A stretch of 64,000 bases of DNA from Octopus vulgaris. Lineage: Eukaryota. The notes under the pieces were generated by a model, which did no database searches, was not told the DNA's origin, and was given only the letters and a program-made list of their open reading frames with translations. How positions within the stretch are numbered: the first letter of the stretch is position 1; every line of letters starts with the position of its first letter. Both the position numbers and the translations under genes were made by a program. The stretch covers positions 19,592,001 to 19,656,000 of the forward strand of contig OX597842.1 of NCBI GenBank assembly GCA_951406725.2, given 5' to 3'. Of the stretch, positions 25,882 through 41,707 are shown one piece after another.

Positions 25882-28800
25882 ACTTAGCGGTTCGGCAAAA
25901 GAGACTGATGGAATAAGTACTGGGCTTACAAAGAATAAGTTCCGGGGTCGATTTGCTCGACTAAAGGCGGTGCTCCAGCATGGCCACAGTCAAAGGACTG
26001 AAACAAATAAGAGTAGCCTTAGCGGTTCGGCAAAAGCGACCGATAGAATAAGTACTGGGCTTACAAAGAATAAGTCCCGGGGTCGATTTGCTCGGCTAAA
26101 GGCGGTGCTCCAGCATGGCCGCAGTCAAATGACTGAAACAAATAAGAGTAGCCTTAGCGGTTCGGCAAAAGCGACCGATAGAATAAGTACTGGGCTTACA
26201 AAGAAAAAGTCCCGGGGTCGATTTGCTCGGCTAAAGGCGGTGCTCCAGCATGGCCGCAGTCAAATGACTGAAACAAATAAGAGTAGCCTTAGCGGTTCGG
26301 CAAAAGCGACCGATAGAATAAGTACTGGGCTTACAAAGAATAAGTCCCGGGGTCGATTTGCTTGGCAAAAGGCGGTGCTCCAGCATGGCCGCAGTCAAAT
26401 GACTGAAACAAATAAGAGTAGCCTTAGCGGTTCGGCAAAAGCGACCGATAGAATAAGTACTGGGCTTACAAAGAATAAGTCCCGGGGTCGATTTGCTCGG
26501 CTAAAGGCGGTGCTCCAGCAAGGCCACAGTCAAATGACTGAAACAAATAAGAGTAGCCTTAGCGGTTCGGCAAAAGCGACCGATAGAATAAGTACTGGGC
26601 TTACAAAGAATAAGTCCCGGGGTCGATTTGCTCGACTAAAGGCGGTGCTCCAGCATGGCCGCAGTCAAATGACTGAAACAAGTAAAAAGGTAAACTTAGC
26701 GGTTCGGCAAAAGCGACCGATAGAATAAGTACTGGGCTTACAAAGAATAAGTCCCGGGGTCGATTTGCTCAACAACAAATGACTGAAACAAATGAGAGTA
26801 GCCTTAGCGGTTCGGCAAAAGTGACCGATAGAATAAGTACTGGGCTTACAAAGAATAAGTCCCGGGGTCGATTTGCTCGGCTAAAGGCGGTGCTCCAGCA
26901 TGCCCACAGTCAAATGACTGAAACAAATAAGAGTAGCCTTAGCGGTTCGGCAAAAGCGACCGATAGAATAAGTACTGGGCTTACAAAGAATAAGTCCCGG
27001 GGTCGATTTGCTCGGCTAAAGGCGGTGCTCCAGCATGGCCGCAGTCAAATGACTGAAACAAATAAGAGTAGCCTTAGCGGTTCGGCAAAAGCGACCGATA
27101 GAATAAGTACTGGGCTTACAAAGAATAAGTCCCGGGGTCGATTTGCTAGGCTAAAGGCGGTGCTCCAGCATGGCCACAGTCTAATGACTGAAACAAATAA
27201 GAGTAGCCTTAGCGGTTCGGCAAAAGCGACCGATAGAATAAGTACTGGGCTTACAAAGAATAAGTCCCGGGGTCGATTTGCTCGGCTAAAGGCGGTGCTC
27301 CAGCATGGCCACAGTCAAATGACTGAAACAAGTAAAAGAGTAAACTTAGCGGTTTGGCAAAAGCGACCGATAGAATAAGTACTGGGCTTACAAAGAATAA
27401 GTCCCGGGGTCGATTTGCTCGGCTAAAGGCGGTGCTCCAGCATGCCCACAGTCAAATGACTGAAACAAATAAGAGTAGCTTTAGCGGTTCGGCAAAAGCG
27501 ACCGATAGAATAAGTACTGGGCTTACAAAGAATAATTCCCGGGGTCGATTTGCTCGGCTAAAGGTGGTGCTCCAGCATGGCCACAGTCAAATGACTGAAA
27601 CAAATAAGAGTAGCCGTAGCGGTTCGGCAAAAGCGACAGATAGAATAAGTACAGGGCTTACAAAGAATAAGTCCTGGGGTCGATTTGCTCAGCTAAAGGC
27701 GGTGCTCCAGCATGGCCACAGTCAAATGACTGAAACAAGTAAAAGAGTAAACTTAGCGGTTTGGCAAAAGCGACCGATAGAATAAGTACTGGGCTTACAA
27801 AGAATAAGTCCCGGGTCGATTTGCTCGGCTAAAGGTGGTGCTCCAGCATGGCCACAGTCAAATGACTGAAACAAATAAGAGTAGCCTTAGCGGTTCGGCA
27901 AAAGCGACCGATAGAATAAGTACTGGGCTTACAAAGAATAAGTCCTGGGGTCGATTTGCTCGGCTAAAGGCGGTGCTCCAGCATGGCCACAGTCAAATGA
28001 CTGAAACAAATAAGAGTAGCCTTAGCGGTTCGGCAAAAGCGACCGATAGAATAAGTACTGGGCTTACAAAGAATAAGTCCCGGGGTCGATTTGCTCGGCT
28101 AAAGGCGGTGCTCCAGCATGGCCACAGTCAAATGACTGAAACAAGTAAAAGAGTAAACTTAGCGGTTCGGCAAAAGCGACCGATAGAATAAGTACTGGGC
28201 TTACAAAGAATAAGTCCTGGGGTCGATTGGCTCGACTAAGAGGCGGTGCTCCAGCATGGCCACAGTCAAATGACTGAAACAAGTAAAAGAGTAAACTTAG
28301 CGGTTTGGCAAAAGCGACCGATAGAATAAGTACTGGGCTTACAAAGAATAAGTCCCGGGGTCGATTTGCTCGGCTAAAGGCGGTGCTCCAGCATGCCCAC
28401 AGTCAAATGACTGAAACAAATAAGAGTAGCCTTAGCGGTTCGGCAAAAGCGACCGATAGAATAAGTACTGCGCTTACAAAGAATAATTCCCGGGGTCGAT
28501 TTGCTCGGCTAAAGGTGGTGCTCCAGCATGGCCACAGTCAAATGACTGAAACAAATAAGAGTAGCCGTAGCGGTTCGGCAAAAGCGACAGATAGAATAAG
28601 TACAGGGCTTACAAAGAATAAGTCCTGGGGTCGATTTGCTCGGCTAAAGGCGGTGCTCCAGCATGGCCACAGTCAAATGACTGAAACAAGTAAAAGAGTA
28701 AACTTAGCGGTTTGGCAAAAGCGACCGATAGAATAAGTACTGGGCTTACAAAGAATAAGTCCCGGGGTCGATTTGCTCGGCTAAAGGTGGTGCTCCAGCA

Positions 28801-30195
28801 TGGCCACAGTCAAATGACTGAAACAAATAAGAGTAGCCTTAGCGGTTCGGCAAAAGCGACCGATAGAATAAGTACTGGGCTTACAAAGAATAAGTCCCGG
28901 GGTCGATTTGCTCGGCTAAAGGCGGTGCTCCAGCATGGCCACAGTCAAATGACTGAAACAAATAAGAGTAGCCTTAGCGGTTCGGCAAAAGCGACCGATA
29001 GAATAAGTACTGGGCTTACAAAGAATAAGTCCCGGGTCGATTTGCTCGGCTAAAGGCGGTGCTCCAGCATGGCCACAGTCAAATGACTGAAACAAGTAAA
29101 AGAGTAAACTTAGCGGTTTGGCAAAAGCGACCGATAGAATAAGTACTGGGCTTACAAAGAATAAGTCCCGGGGTCGATTTGCTCGGCTAAAGGCGGTGCT
29201 CCAGCATGCCCACAGTCAAATGACTGAAACAAATAAGAGTAGCCTTAGCGGTTCGGCAAAAGCGACCGATAGAATAAGTACTGCGCTTACAAAGAATAAT
29301 TCCCGGGGTCGATTTGCTCGGCTAAAGGTGGTGCTCCAGCATGGCCACAGTCAAATGACTGAAACAAATAAGAGTAGCCGTAGCGGTTCGGCAAAAGCGA
29401 CAGATAGAATAAGTACAGGGCTTACAAAGAATAAGTCCTGGGGTCGATTTGCTCGGCTAAAGGCGGTGCTCCAGCATGGCCACAGTCAAATGACTGAAAC
29501 AAGTAAAAGAGTAAACTTAGCGGTTTGGCAAAAGCGACCGATAGAATAAGTACTGGGCTTACAAAGAATAAGTCCCGGGGTCGATTTGCTCGGCTAAAGG
29601 TGGTGCTCCAGCATGGCCACAGTCAAATGACTGAAACAAATAAGAGTAGCCTTAGCGGTTCGGCAAAAGCGACCGATAGAATAAGTACTGGGCTTACAAA
29701 GAATAAGTCCCGGGGTCGATTTGCTCGGCTAAAGGCGGTGCTCCAGCATGGCCACAGTCAAATGACTGAAACAAATAAGAGTAGCCTTAGCGGTTCGGCA
29801 AAAGCGACCGATAGAATAAGTACTGGGCTTACAAAGAATAAGTCCCGGGGTCGATTTGCTCGGCTAAAGGCGGTGCTCCAGCATGGCCACAGTCAAATGA
29901 CTGAAACAAATAAGAGTAGCCTTAGCGGTTCGGCAAAAGCGACCGATAGAATAAGTACTGGGCTTACAAAGAATAAGTCCCGGCGTCGATTTGCTCGGCT
30001 AAAGGCGGTGCTCCAGCATGGCCACAGTCAAATGACTGAAACAAATAAGAGTAGCCTTAGCGGTTCGGCAAAAGCGACCGATAGAATAAGTACTGGGCTT
30101 ACAAAGAATAAGTCCCGGGGTCGATTTGCTCGGCTAAAGGCGGTGCTCCAGCATGGCCGCAGTCAAATGACTGAAACAAGTAAAAGAGTAAAGAG
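25882..30195 (+). repeat. SINE-derived satellite: ~32 tandem copies of a 135/137-bp SINE 3' module
   Basis: cttagcggttcggcaaaagcgaccg...tgactgaaacaaataagagtagc at 135-bp period (26018, 26153...), preceded by a normal SINE head at 25605-25880. Confidence 0.97.
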
Positions 30196-30906
30196 TATAC
30201 CATTTCTGCCCCTTCTCCTACCGATCCATCCCTCTGTTTTTCTACCTGCTTGTCAGACTGTCTCTCTCCCTCTCTTAACCACCCTCTCTCTCTCTCTCTC
30301 AATCTATCTAACTATTTCACACTGTCTGCGGCATATAGGCTGAAACCGCAATTACTTTTTTAAAGGGAGGTTACTCTCAAATACATTCATTCTCGTTTAA
30401 AAGTTATCTCCCTTTATGATAGTTATTAGAGCTGAATACGTAGAAGTTAACTTTTGAAGGGAGGCTACTCTCAAATATATGGCATTTTTGTTTGAAAGAT
30501 ATCTCCCTGCAAACCATATACCATAGCTTAATACGTTTAATTTTACTTTTTAAGGGAGGCTACTCTCATGTATATTGCACTTTTGCTTTGAGAGTTATTT
30601 CCCTTGACACTGCCAGCAATACTTTATTCTTGGTTTAGAAATATTTTGTTTATATTTAAGAGTTATCTCCCTTGACACTATAACGATCTTTAATACGGAT
30701 CTTAAAATAGATTCTATCGATCGTCGTTTACTTGTTTCAAACCTAGGACAACCGCCAAGCTGGAGCACCACATCGACGTGTTTACTAGCAGTCGTCGTTG
30801 GCAGTACTTCTCTCTCCTTTGACTGCTACTCATTCCCTCGTTCTTATTTTGTCGAATTGCTCGGTCACGATGACATAAAGATAGCCAAGATCGAATCGGA
30901 AATTGA

Positions 30907-31161
30907 TGTGTGTGCGTAACTGTGTGTGTGCGTATGTGTGTGTGCATGTGCGTATGTATGTGTGTGTAAGTGTGTGTGCGTATGTGTGTGTGTGTGCATG
31001 TGCGTGTGTGTGAGTGTTTGTGCGGATGTGTTTGTGCATGTGCGTGTGTATGTGTGTGTGCGTGTGTGTTAGTGTGTGTATGTGTTCGTGCATGTGCGTG
31101 TATATGTGTGCGTGCGTGTGTGTGCGTGTGTGTTAGTGTGTGTACGTGTTCGTGCATGTGC

Positions 31162-31203
<42 letters not shown>

Positions 31204-31230
31204 GTGTGTGTTGTGCATGTGCATGTGCGT

Positions 31231-31266
<36 letters not shown>

Positions 31267-31423
31267 GTGTGTGTATGTGTTTGTGCATGTGCGTGTGTAT
31301 GTGTGTGTGTGTGCGTGTGTGTGCGTGTGTGTTTCAGTGTGTGTGAGTGCGTGTGTATGTGTGTTTCGGTGTATGTGTGCGTATAAGTGCATGCGTATGT
31401 GTGTATGTGTGTGTATGTGTATG
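30907..31423. repeat. (TG)n degenerate microsatellite
   Basis: Direct inspection. Confidence 0.95.
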
Positions 31424-31689
31424 TATCCCCCCGGACTAGAAAATAGGTTTTATCGTGCATCGTTTATTTGATTCAGTAGTTTCATTACTGCCATGCTGCA
31501 GCACACTATAGACGCGATTATTCCAAGTAATCGACCGAACTACTTTTCTTTCTTGAGATCGTTACTCATTCAATTTTACTTCAGTTTTCTACACAAAAAT
31601 CGGAGGAGAATTAAGAAGGATTTTTAAAGAAGAAATTGACTCATTAAAGACGGGAACGAGGCTGTGTGGCAAAAGGTTTGATTCCCAAC

Positions 31690-31841
31690 CACACACACAC
31701 GTACATATATAATACATACACACATACACACATACATATATATATATACATACATACACATATATACATACACACATACATATATACATACGTTACATAA
31801 ATGCAGACATAAATACATACATACATACATATATGCATACA

Positions 31842-31873
<32 letters not shown>

Positions 31874-33158
31874 AACGTACGTACATACATACATACATAC
31901 ATGCACACATGCATGCATACATATATACATACATACATATTTACATACGTTCGTACATACATACATACATAAATACATACATACATACATACATATATAC
32001 ATACATACATACATGCAAACATACATACATACATACATACATACATACATACATACATACACACACATTAATACATACATATATACATATATACATACAT
32101 ACATACGTACATACATACATACATACATATATACATACGTACGTACATATATACATACATGCACACATGAATACATACATTCATACATATATACATACGT
32201 TCGTACATACATACATACATACATACATACGTGCATACATACATTCATACATACATACATACATACATACATACATACATGCATGCGTACGTACATACAT
32301 ACAGACGTACATACATACAGACATACATACATACATATATACATGCATACATAAATACATACATACATACATACATACATACATACATACATAAATACAT
32401 ACGTACATATATACATACATACATACATATATACATTCGTACATACATATATACATATACAAATTCGTAAATACATACATACATACATACATGCATGCAT
32501 GCATACATACATACATACATACATACATAAATTCATACATACATACATACATACATACATACATACATACATACATACATACATACATGAATGCATGCAT
32601 ATATGCATATATACATACATAAATACATTCATATATACATACATAAATACATTCATACATACATACATATATATATACATATGTACATATATACATACAT
32701 ACATAGATATATACATGCGTACGTACAGACTTACAAACATACATATATATATACATATATATATACATACGTATATACATACGTACGTACATACATACAT
32801 ATATAGATACGTACGTACATACATACATACATATATACATATATACATATGTACGTACATACATACATACATACATACATACATACATACATACATACAT
32901 ACATACATAGATACATACATACATATCTACATGCATACGTACATACATATATACATAAATACATACATACATATATACATACGTACATAAATACATATAA
33001 ACATACATACATATATACATACGTCCGTACATACATACATATATACCTATATACATATATACATATATACATACGTACGTACATACATACATACATATAT
33101 ACATACGTCCAGACATACATACATACATACACACATACATATATACATGCATACATAC

Positions 33159-33213
<55 letters not shown>

Positions 33214-33869
33214 AGTACATACGTACGTACATACATACATATATACACACGTACGTACATACAGACATACATACATATATGCATACGTACGCACATACAT
33301 ACAAATATTCATACATTCATATATATATACATACATACATACAGACATAAATGTATACATACATACATACATACATACATACATACATACATACATGCAT
33401 GAATGCATGCATATATGCATACATAAATACATTCATATATGCATACATAAATACATTCATACGTACATTCATACATACATACATACATACATACATACAT
33501 ACATACATACATACAAACATTCATACATACATATATACATACATACATACATACAGACATACATGCATGCATGCATACATATATACATACATACATACAT
33601 ATATACATTCATACATACATACGTACATTCATATATACATATATACATACATAAATACATTCATACATACATACAATCATACATACATGCATACATACAT
33701 ACATACATACATACATACGGACGTACATACATATATACATACATTACATACATACAGACATACATATATACATACATACATACATATGGATACATAATAA
33801 AATATATACATATATGTATGCAAACATACATACATACATACATACATATATGCATGCGTACATAAATAC

Positions 33870-33906
<37 letters not shown>

Positions 33907-34404
33907 CATACGTATATACATACATACATATATAAATATCTACGTACATACATATGTACATACATACATACATACATACATACAATATCCATACATACAT
34001 ATATACATACATACATATGTACATTCATTCATACATGCATACATGCATACATATATACATACATATATATATATATATATATACCTACATACTTACATGC
34101 CTACATACATATGTACATATATACATACATTCATATATACATACATACATGCATACATACATACATATAAACATACATAGATATATACATATATACATAC
34201 ATACAAGAATACATACATATATACATATATACATATATACATACATAAATAGATATAAATACATTCATACGTACATACCTACATACATACATAAATACAT
34301 AAATACGTAAGTACATGCATACATACATACACACATACTTACATACATATATATACATACATACATACATACATATATACATACATACATACATATATTC
34401 ATAC

Positions 34405-34439
<35 letters not shown>

Positions 34440-37400
34440 CATACATGCAAACACATATACATGTATACATACATACATACAAACATACACATATATATAC
34501 ATACGTACGTACATACATACATACATACATACATACATGCATGACTGCATATATACATACATACATACATACATATATATATACATACATGCATGCATAC
34601 ATACATACATTCATACATACATACATACATACATATATACATACAAACATTACATGCATACATAGATACATTCACACATACATACACACATGCATACATA
34701 CATGCATATGTATATACATACATACATGCATGCATGTATGCATATATACACACATACATACATACATACAAAAGTACATATATACATCCGTACGTACGTA
34801 CATACATATATACATACATACATTCGTACGTACATACATACATGCATGCATACATATATACATACATCCATACATTCATACAGACATACATGCAGGCATG
34901 CATGCATACATACATATATACATACATCCATACATTCATATATATGTATGCATGCATACATATATACATACATCCATACATTCACACAGACATGCATGCA
35001 TGCATGAATGCATACATACATACATACATACATGCATGCATACATGGATACATACATATATACATACATACATATATCCATACATACATACATGCATACA
35101 TACTTATATACTTACATATTTACATAGATACGTACATGCATACATACATATATAAATACATGCATACATGCATGCATACATACATACACACATACATACA
35201 TACATATACACATGCATACATACATGCATACATACATATATATATATATATATATACATATATGCTTGCATACATACATACAGACATACATACATATATA
35301 CATTCATGCATACATAGATACATTCACACATACATACACACATGCATACATACATGCATATGTTCATACATACATACATGCATGCATTTATGAATATATA
35401 CACACATACATACATACAAAAGTACATTCATACATACATACATACATACATATATACATTCGTACGTCCGTGCATACATACATACATACATTCACACATA
35501 CATACATACAGGCATGCATACATAGATACATACATACATACACACATGTATACATACATGGAATCATACATACATACATATATACATACATACATGCACG
35601 CATATATACATACATACACACTTATATACTTACATATTTACATAACTACATGCATGCATACATACATATATACATACGTACGTACCTACATAGATACACA
35701 CATGCATACATACATATATGCATGCAGTATGCATGCATGCATACATACATACATATATACATTAATATATACATACATACATATATACATACATGCATGC
35801 ATACATAGATACATACATACATACATACACACATAGATGGATACACACATATATACATATATACATGCATGCATACATACATACATACATACTTATATAA
35901 ATACATATTTACATAAATACATGCATGCATACATACATATATACATACGTACATACAAAGATACATACATGTATACATACATATATAAATATATACATAC
36001 ATGCATGTATGCATACATACATACACACATACATACATATACACATGCATACATACATATATATATATACATACATACATGCATACATACATACGCACAT
36101 ACATACATACATACATACATACATACATACATACATACATACATACATGCATGCATACAAACATATATACATGCGGACGTACTTAAATTCATACGTATAT
36201 ACATACGTACCTACATACATACATACATACATGCACACATACATACATACATACATGCAGACGTATATACATACACATATACATACAAATATAGGTAGAT
36301 GCATAGATACATGCCTACATACATACATACATACATACATACTATACATACATGCATTCATACATACATACCTACGTATATACATACGTACGTGCATTCA
36401 TACATACATACATGCATACACACATACATACATACATACATACCTAAGTACATACATACATACGCACGTAGTTACATACATACATGCGTATATACATATA
36501 TACATAATTACTTACATACATACATACATACATACATCCATCCATCCATCCATACATACATACATATATACATATATACATATTATATACATACGTACAG
36601 ACAAACATATATGCTTGCATACAATACATACATACATACATACATACATACATACATACATACATACATACATACATACATACATACATACATACATACA
36701 TACATACATTGATACATACATATATACATACGTTCGTACATACATACATATATATATATACATATGTACATATATACATACATACATATATATATACATG
36801 CGTAGGTACAGACATACAAACATACGAACATATATAAATACATATATACATACATACATATATACATACATACATATATACATACGTATATACATACGTA
36901 CGTTCATACATACATATATAGATACGTACGTACATACATACATACATACATATATACATATATACATACGTACGTACGTACATACATACATACATACATA
37001 CATACATGCATACATACATTTATACATGCGTACGTACATACATACATATATACATAAATACATACATATATACATGCGTACGTACATACATACATATAAA
37101 CATACATACATACATATATACATACGTCCGTACATACATACATACATACATGTATACCTATATACATATATACATATATTCATACGTACGTACATATATA
37201 CATACATATATACATATATACATACGTACGTACGTACATTCATACATACATACTTGCATACATACATTTATACATGCGTACGTACATACATACATATATA
37301 CATAAATACATACATACATATATACATGCGTACGTACATACATACATATAAACATACATACATACATATATACCTATATACATATATACATATATTCATA

Positions 37401-37497
37401 CGTACGTACATACATACATACATACATATATACATACGTCCAGACATACATACATACACACATACATATATACATGCACACATACTTACATACATAC

Positions 37498-37528
<31 letters not shown>

Positions 37529-38572
37529 AGTACATACATATGTACATACATACATATATACACACGTACGTAGATATGTACATACATACATATATACACA
37601 CGTACGTAGATACATACATAAATACATATATGCATACGTACGTACATACATACATGCATACATGCATACATACATACATGCCTATATACATACATACATG
37701 CATACATACATAACTGCATACAAACATACATATATTCATGCATACATACATATATGTATACATACAAACATATATACATACATATATACATACGTACATA
37801 TATACATACATACATTCAGATATACATACATACATACATATATACATAGATACATATATACATACATACGTACATACATACATACTTACATACATACATA
37901 TATACATATTACATACGTACATACATACATACATACGTGCGTACATACATAGATACATACATACATGCATGTATGCATATATACATACATACATACACAC
38001 ATATATACGTACATACATACACACATACGTACGTACGTACATACATACATAAATACATATATACGTACATACATACATTCATGCATGCATACATACACAC
38101 ATACATTCATACGTACATACATACATACATACATACATACATACATACATACATACATACATACATGCATACAGACATACATATATACATACATAGATAT
38201 ATACATATATACATACATAGATATATACATACATATATACATACATACATACATATATATATACATACATATATACATACATACATACATACATGCATGC
38301 ATACATTCATACATATATACTTATATACATACCTACATACTTACATACACACATACATACTGCAGATATTCATACATACATACATATATACATGCATACA
38401 TACATACATACATACATACATACATACATACATACATGCATACATAAACACATATATACAAACATACATACATACGTACTTAAACACATATATTCAAACA
38501 TACGTACATCCATACATACATACATACATGTATATATATACATATGTATATATCTACACGTATATATACATA
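31690..38572. repeat. ~6.9-kb degenerate (TACA)n array
   Basis: Direct inspection; source of dozens of spurious HTYI/MYVC ORFs. Confidence 0.98.
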
Positions 38573-38724
38573 ATGAACAAGAAAAAAAATGAAGAGTACA
38601 TAGATATAAGTTACTTTATTAATGTTTTCTTCAATAAAAATTAAAATGTTTAGAATTCCTTTCAGTTTTGCTCATTACATATTCATAAATAAATTAAAAT
38701 TTGCATTTCTTTGCATTGGAACGT

Positions 38725-39315
38725 CTGTGTGTGTGTTTGTGCGTCCGTGTGTGTTTGTGTGTGTGTGTGTGTGCGTGAACTCGTGCGTGTGCATGTGTGT
38801 GTGTGTGTGTGTGCGTAGATGTGCGTACGTAAGTGTGTGTGTGTGTGTGTGTGTGTGGATTCTATTGGCTATATCAATGTCGCTGTAACATGGCACTTTT
38901 GCAAAAAGAGATAAGGAACGAATGTGTAGCTGCCTGAGGAAAGACAATTACTGGGGGCGATTGGTTCAATTCAAGACATCAAACTGTGTGAATAGACACA
39001 CACACATACACACATACACACACACACACACTCACACACACGCACACATACACATTCATGCACATACGCACACGCACATACACACACACGCACACACGCA
39101 CACACACACACACGCGCGCACACACACACATACACATACACATGCACACACACGTACATATATACATACACACACACGCATACACACACATACACACACA
39201 CATACACACGCTCTCACACATACACACACGCACACACATACACACATACACACACGCACACACACGCACACACACGCACACACACTCACGCACACACGCA
39301 CACACACACGCACAT
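38725..39315. repeat. (TG)n and (CA)n tracts in opposite orientation
   Basis: TG 38725-38856, CA 38995-39315. Confidence 0.9.
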
Positions 39316-39479
39316 ATGATGGATTCTCTCGTCGTGAACGACAAATAGATTTTCAGTAAAATAAAGCGTTAGCCATGTTCTCTGGGCGCGAATGTCTCTC
39401 TTGATGCCCCCTGGGGCCTTGCAAATCTTTTGGCAAATAAAACCAGTTGAGTGCTCACTTGGCTTGAGTGCTTCATGAT

Positions 39480-39905
39480 CATTTACCATGTGTTTCCTTC
39501 AGCGGAAAATAAAGCCTGCTTTGCTTCGTGCCCCAAAACCACAATGACACGCGAGGTTTCTATTTAGTGGAGCAGTGTTTTGCCAGCGTACCTTTATGCT
39601 TGCACGAAGTTGTTCCCGTTGTTGGAGCCGATTATTCTCAAACCTGACGAGAAGAAGGTCTAGTACTAGGTCCTTGCTATGTGGTGCTTTGGCTTCCCAA
39701 GGAGAGAAGGGCATGTTGCATCGCTTCAGATTGTTTTTTAGTTTGCTTTTGAAGCGTAGGAGTCACCTTCCAACTGACCTTCCTTATAGGAAATGGCCTA
39801 AGAGAAGTTGCTTTGGAATACATGAGAGATGACCTGACAATCTCAGCTGTATGGTGATGAGGATGACTCCAGGACCTGATATGCTGCATTTTGATAGTAC
39901 TTCAC
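39480..39905 (-). mobile_element. Decayed RTE-type LINE C-terminal fragment
   Basis: Minus-strand IQLRLSGHL...IPKQLL-like segment and CHCGFGARSKAGF zinc-finger-like end. Confidence 0.6.
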
Positions 39906-39964
39906 TGTTATGAATATGGTCGCTCGGTTTTATGTTGGAAGTGGTACGCAAGCATCACATATTG

Positions 39965-40915
39965 ACGTCAATTTATCGATCCACCCTCGACGGAGCCAGA
40001 TACACACCAAGGCTGGCCATTCTGCTGGTTTACTGTCAATTCGATGTCAAATTCCTTTTCATCAGCGAACACCAGTTAGGGCAGCATGCCTTCAACAATC
40101 TCACGCATGCTAAAACGATTACCCTCCAGTTCCATGGCTTTGTAAACTTGTGTGAGCTCATGACAACGGATCATCTTCTATCGTTGGGTCCTGAGACCCT
40201 CCTTCAGCGCTTGGATACACCGATGTTTAGCTTATTTTTACTGTAGCATCCAGTTTTCTGAGGGAACGACGAGGATTTCACCGTATCTTTTCTTGGATAC
40301 ATTTGATAAGCTGAAGGGTTCGCACATTTCTTTTTTGGCCACGTCCAGGGCGCCTAGCCGTGGAACGAATCTCTTAAAATCTTTTGACAATTTTCTAGAC
40401 TGTTGTTCAGTTACTTCTAAAAAATCTTTTGCTATAGTTGTATTACACCTTCGCCTCCTTGTAGACTGTTATGATTGTATTTATGTCTATATCCATTATT
40501 AATATCTATGAAGCTGAAATGCGAAAAAGTTGTTTGATTTCTTGGTTATTTGTCTCATTTTGGGATGGGAACCGTTTATACTGGGCGGTAAAATGCGGTG
40601 GGCAATGGTATGAGGGGGGTTCCAAGTCGCCCGGGGCTACCGTTTAGTTGCCATGGTGAGGAATATGGGGAAAAGTGAGTTTTATGCGATAGACAGGTTA
40701 TAGTTGTATTACTTTCGCCTCCTTGTGGAGTATTATGGTTGTATTTCGGTCTATAACCATTATCTAATCTATAAATGTGAATTTATTTAGTCTGAAGCAA
40801 ACACAAGACACAATAAGCTTTTATAATGATGTATGGCTTTCATATCTTATCGCATCTATTGATTGTTGTTAAAGTCCGATACTTTGGTTGCCTTAATTTC
40901 GGAACGCCATGTGTA
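39965..40915 (-). mobile_element. Decayed Tc1/mariner-superfamily (maT/DD37D-like) transposon
   Basis: Minus-strand RRPGRG...NPRRSLRKL and LVFADEKEFDIELTVNQQN motifs with stops; terminal tacacatggcgttccgaaattaagg; deleted inverted copy at 61511-61800. Confidence 0.7.
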
Positions 40916-40931
40916 CACACCCACAACACGC

Positions 40932-41003
<72 letters not shown>

Positions 41004-41060
41004 AATATATATACATACATACGTATTTCTCTCTTTTTCTCTCCACTTCTCTCACTTTCA

Positions 41061-41145
<85 letters not shown>

Positions 41146-41707
41146 TAGAAATACACATATAAATACATACACATACATATATACTTATATACATACATGC
41201 ATGCATACATAAATATATACGCATATATATGCATTCATAGATATAAATACATATGCGCATGCATGTAAACACACATACATACACATATATACACACATAC
41301 ATATGCACCACAAGTTTTAGATGTATCAGTTTTCCGATTCAGTGTTTTTGTCTGACGTTTCAAATCAGGATAAAAATTCTTAAAATATTTTAAACGAACT
41401 CAAAATAAAGAAACAGGATGGAAATTGATTGTTGCATAACAAAATATGATAGCAGAGTGTGTAAAGCAATATTTATGTTGAATACAACGTGACTAACATC
41501 TCAGGTGTGACGGTATCAATTGACGAAATGAAATAACTACAGGTGTGTTCATTGTTCTCAACTTGTTACCTTAAGAAAAATGATCCTGTCTAAAATATAC
41601 GATGGTTATCTTGATGGTGGCAGTGGTGGTGGCGTTTTGTGCGTGTGTGTACTTGATATCGTTGGCGTTGTTATTGTTGTTGCCCTCTCTTCCAATTATG
41701 TGATCAA

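Noticed and set aside
25847-30343. 45-aa repeat protein ORFs or CRISPR-like array
   Set aside because: The unit is a SINE 3' module whose 135-bp length keeps frame; 137-bp units break it, and there are no unique spacers or cas genes.
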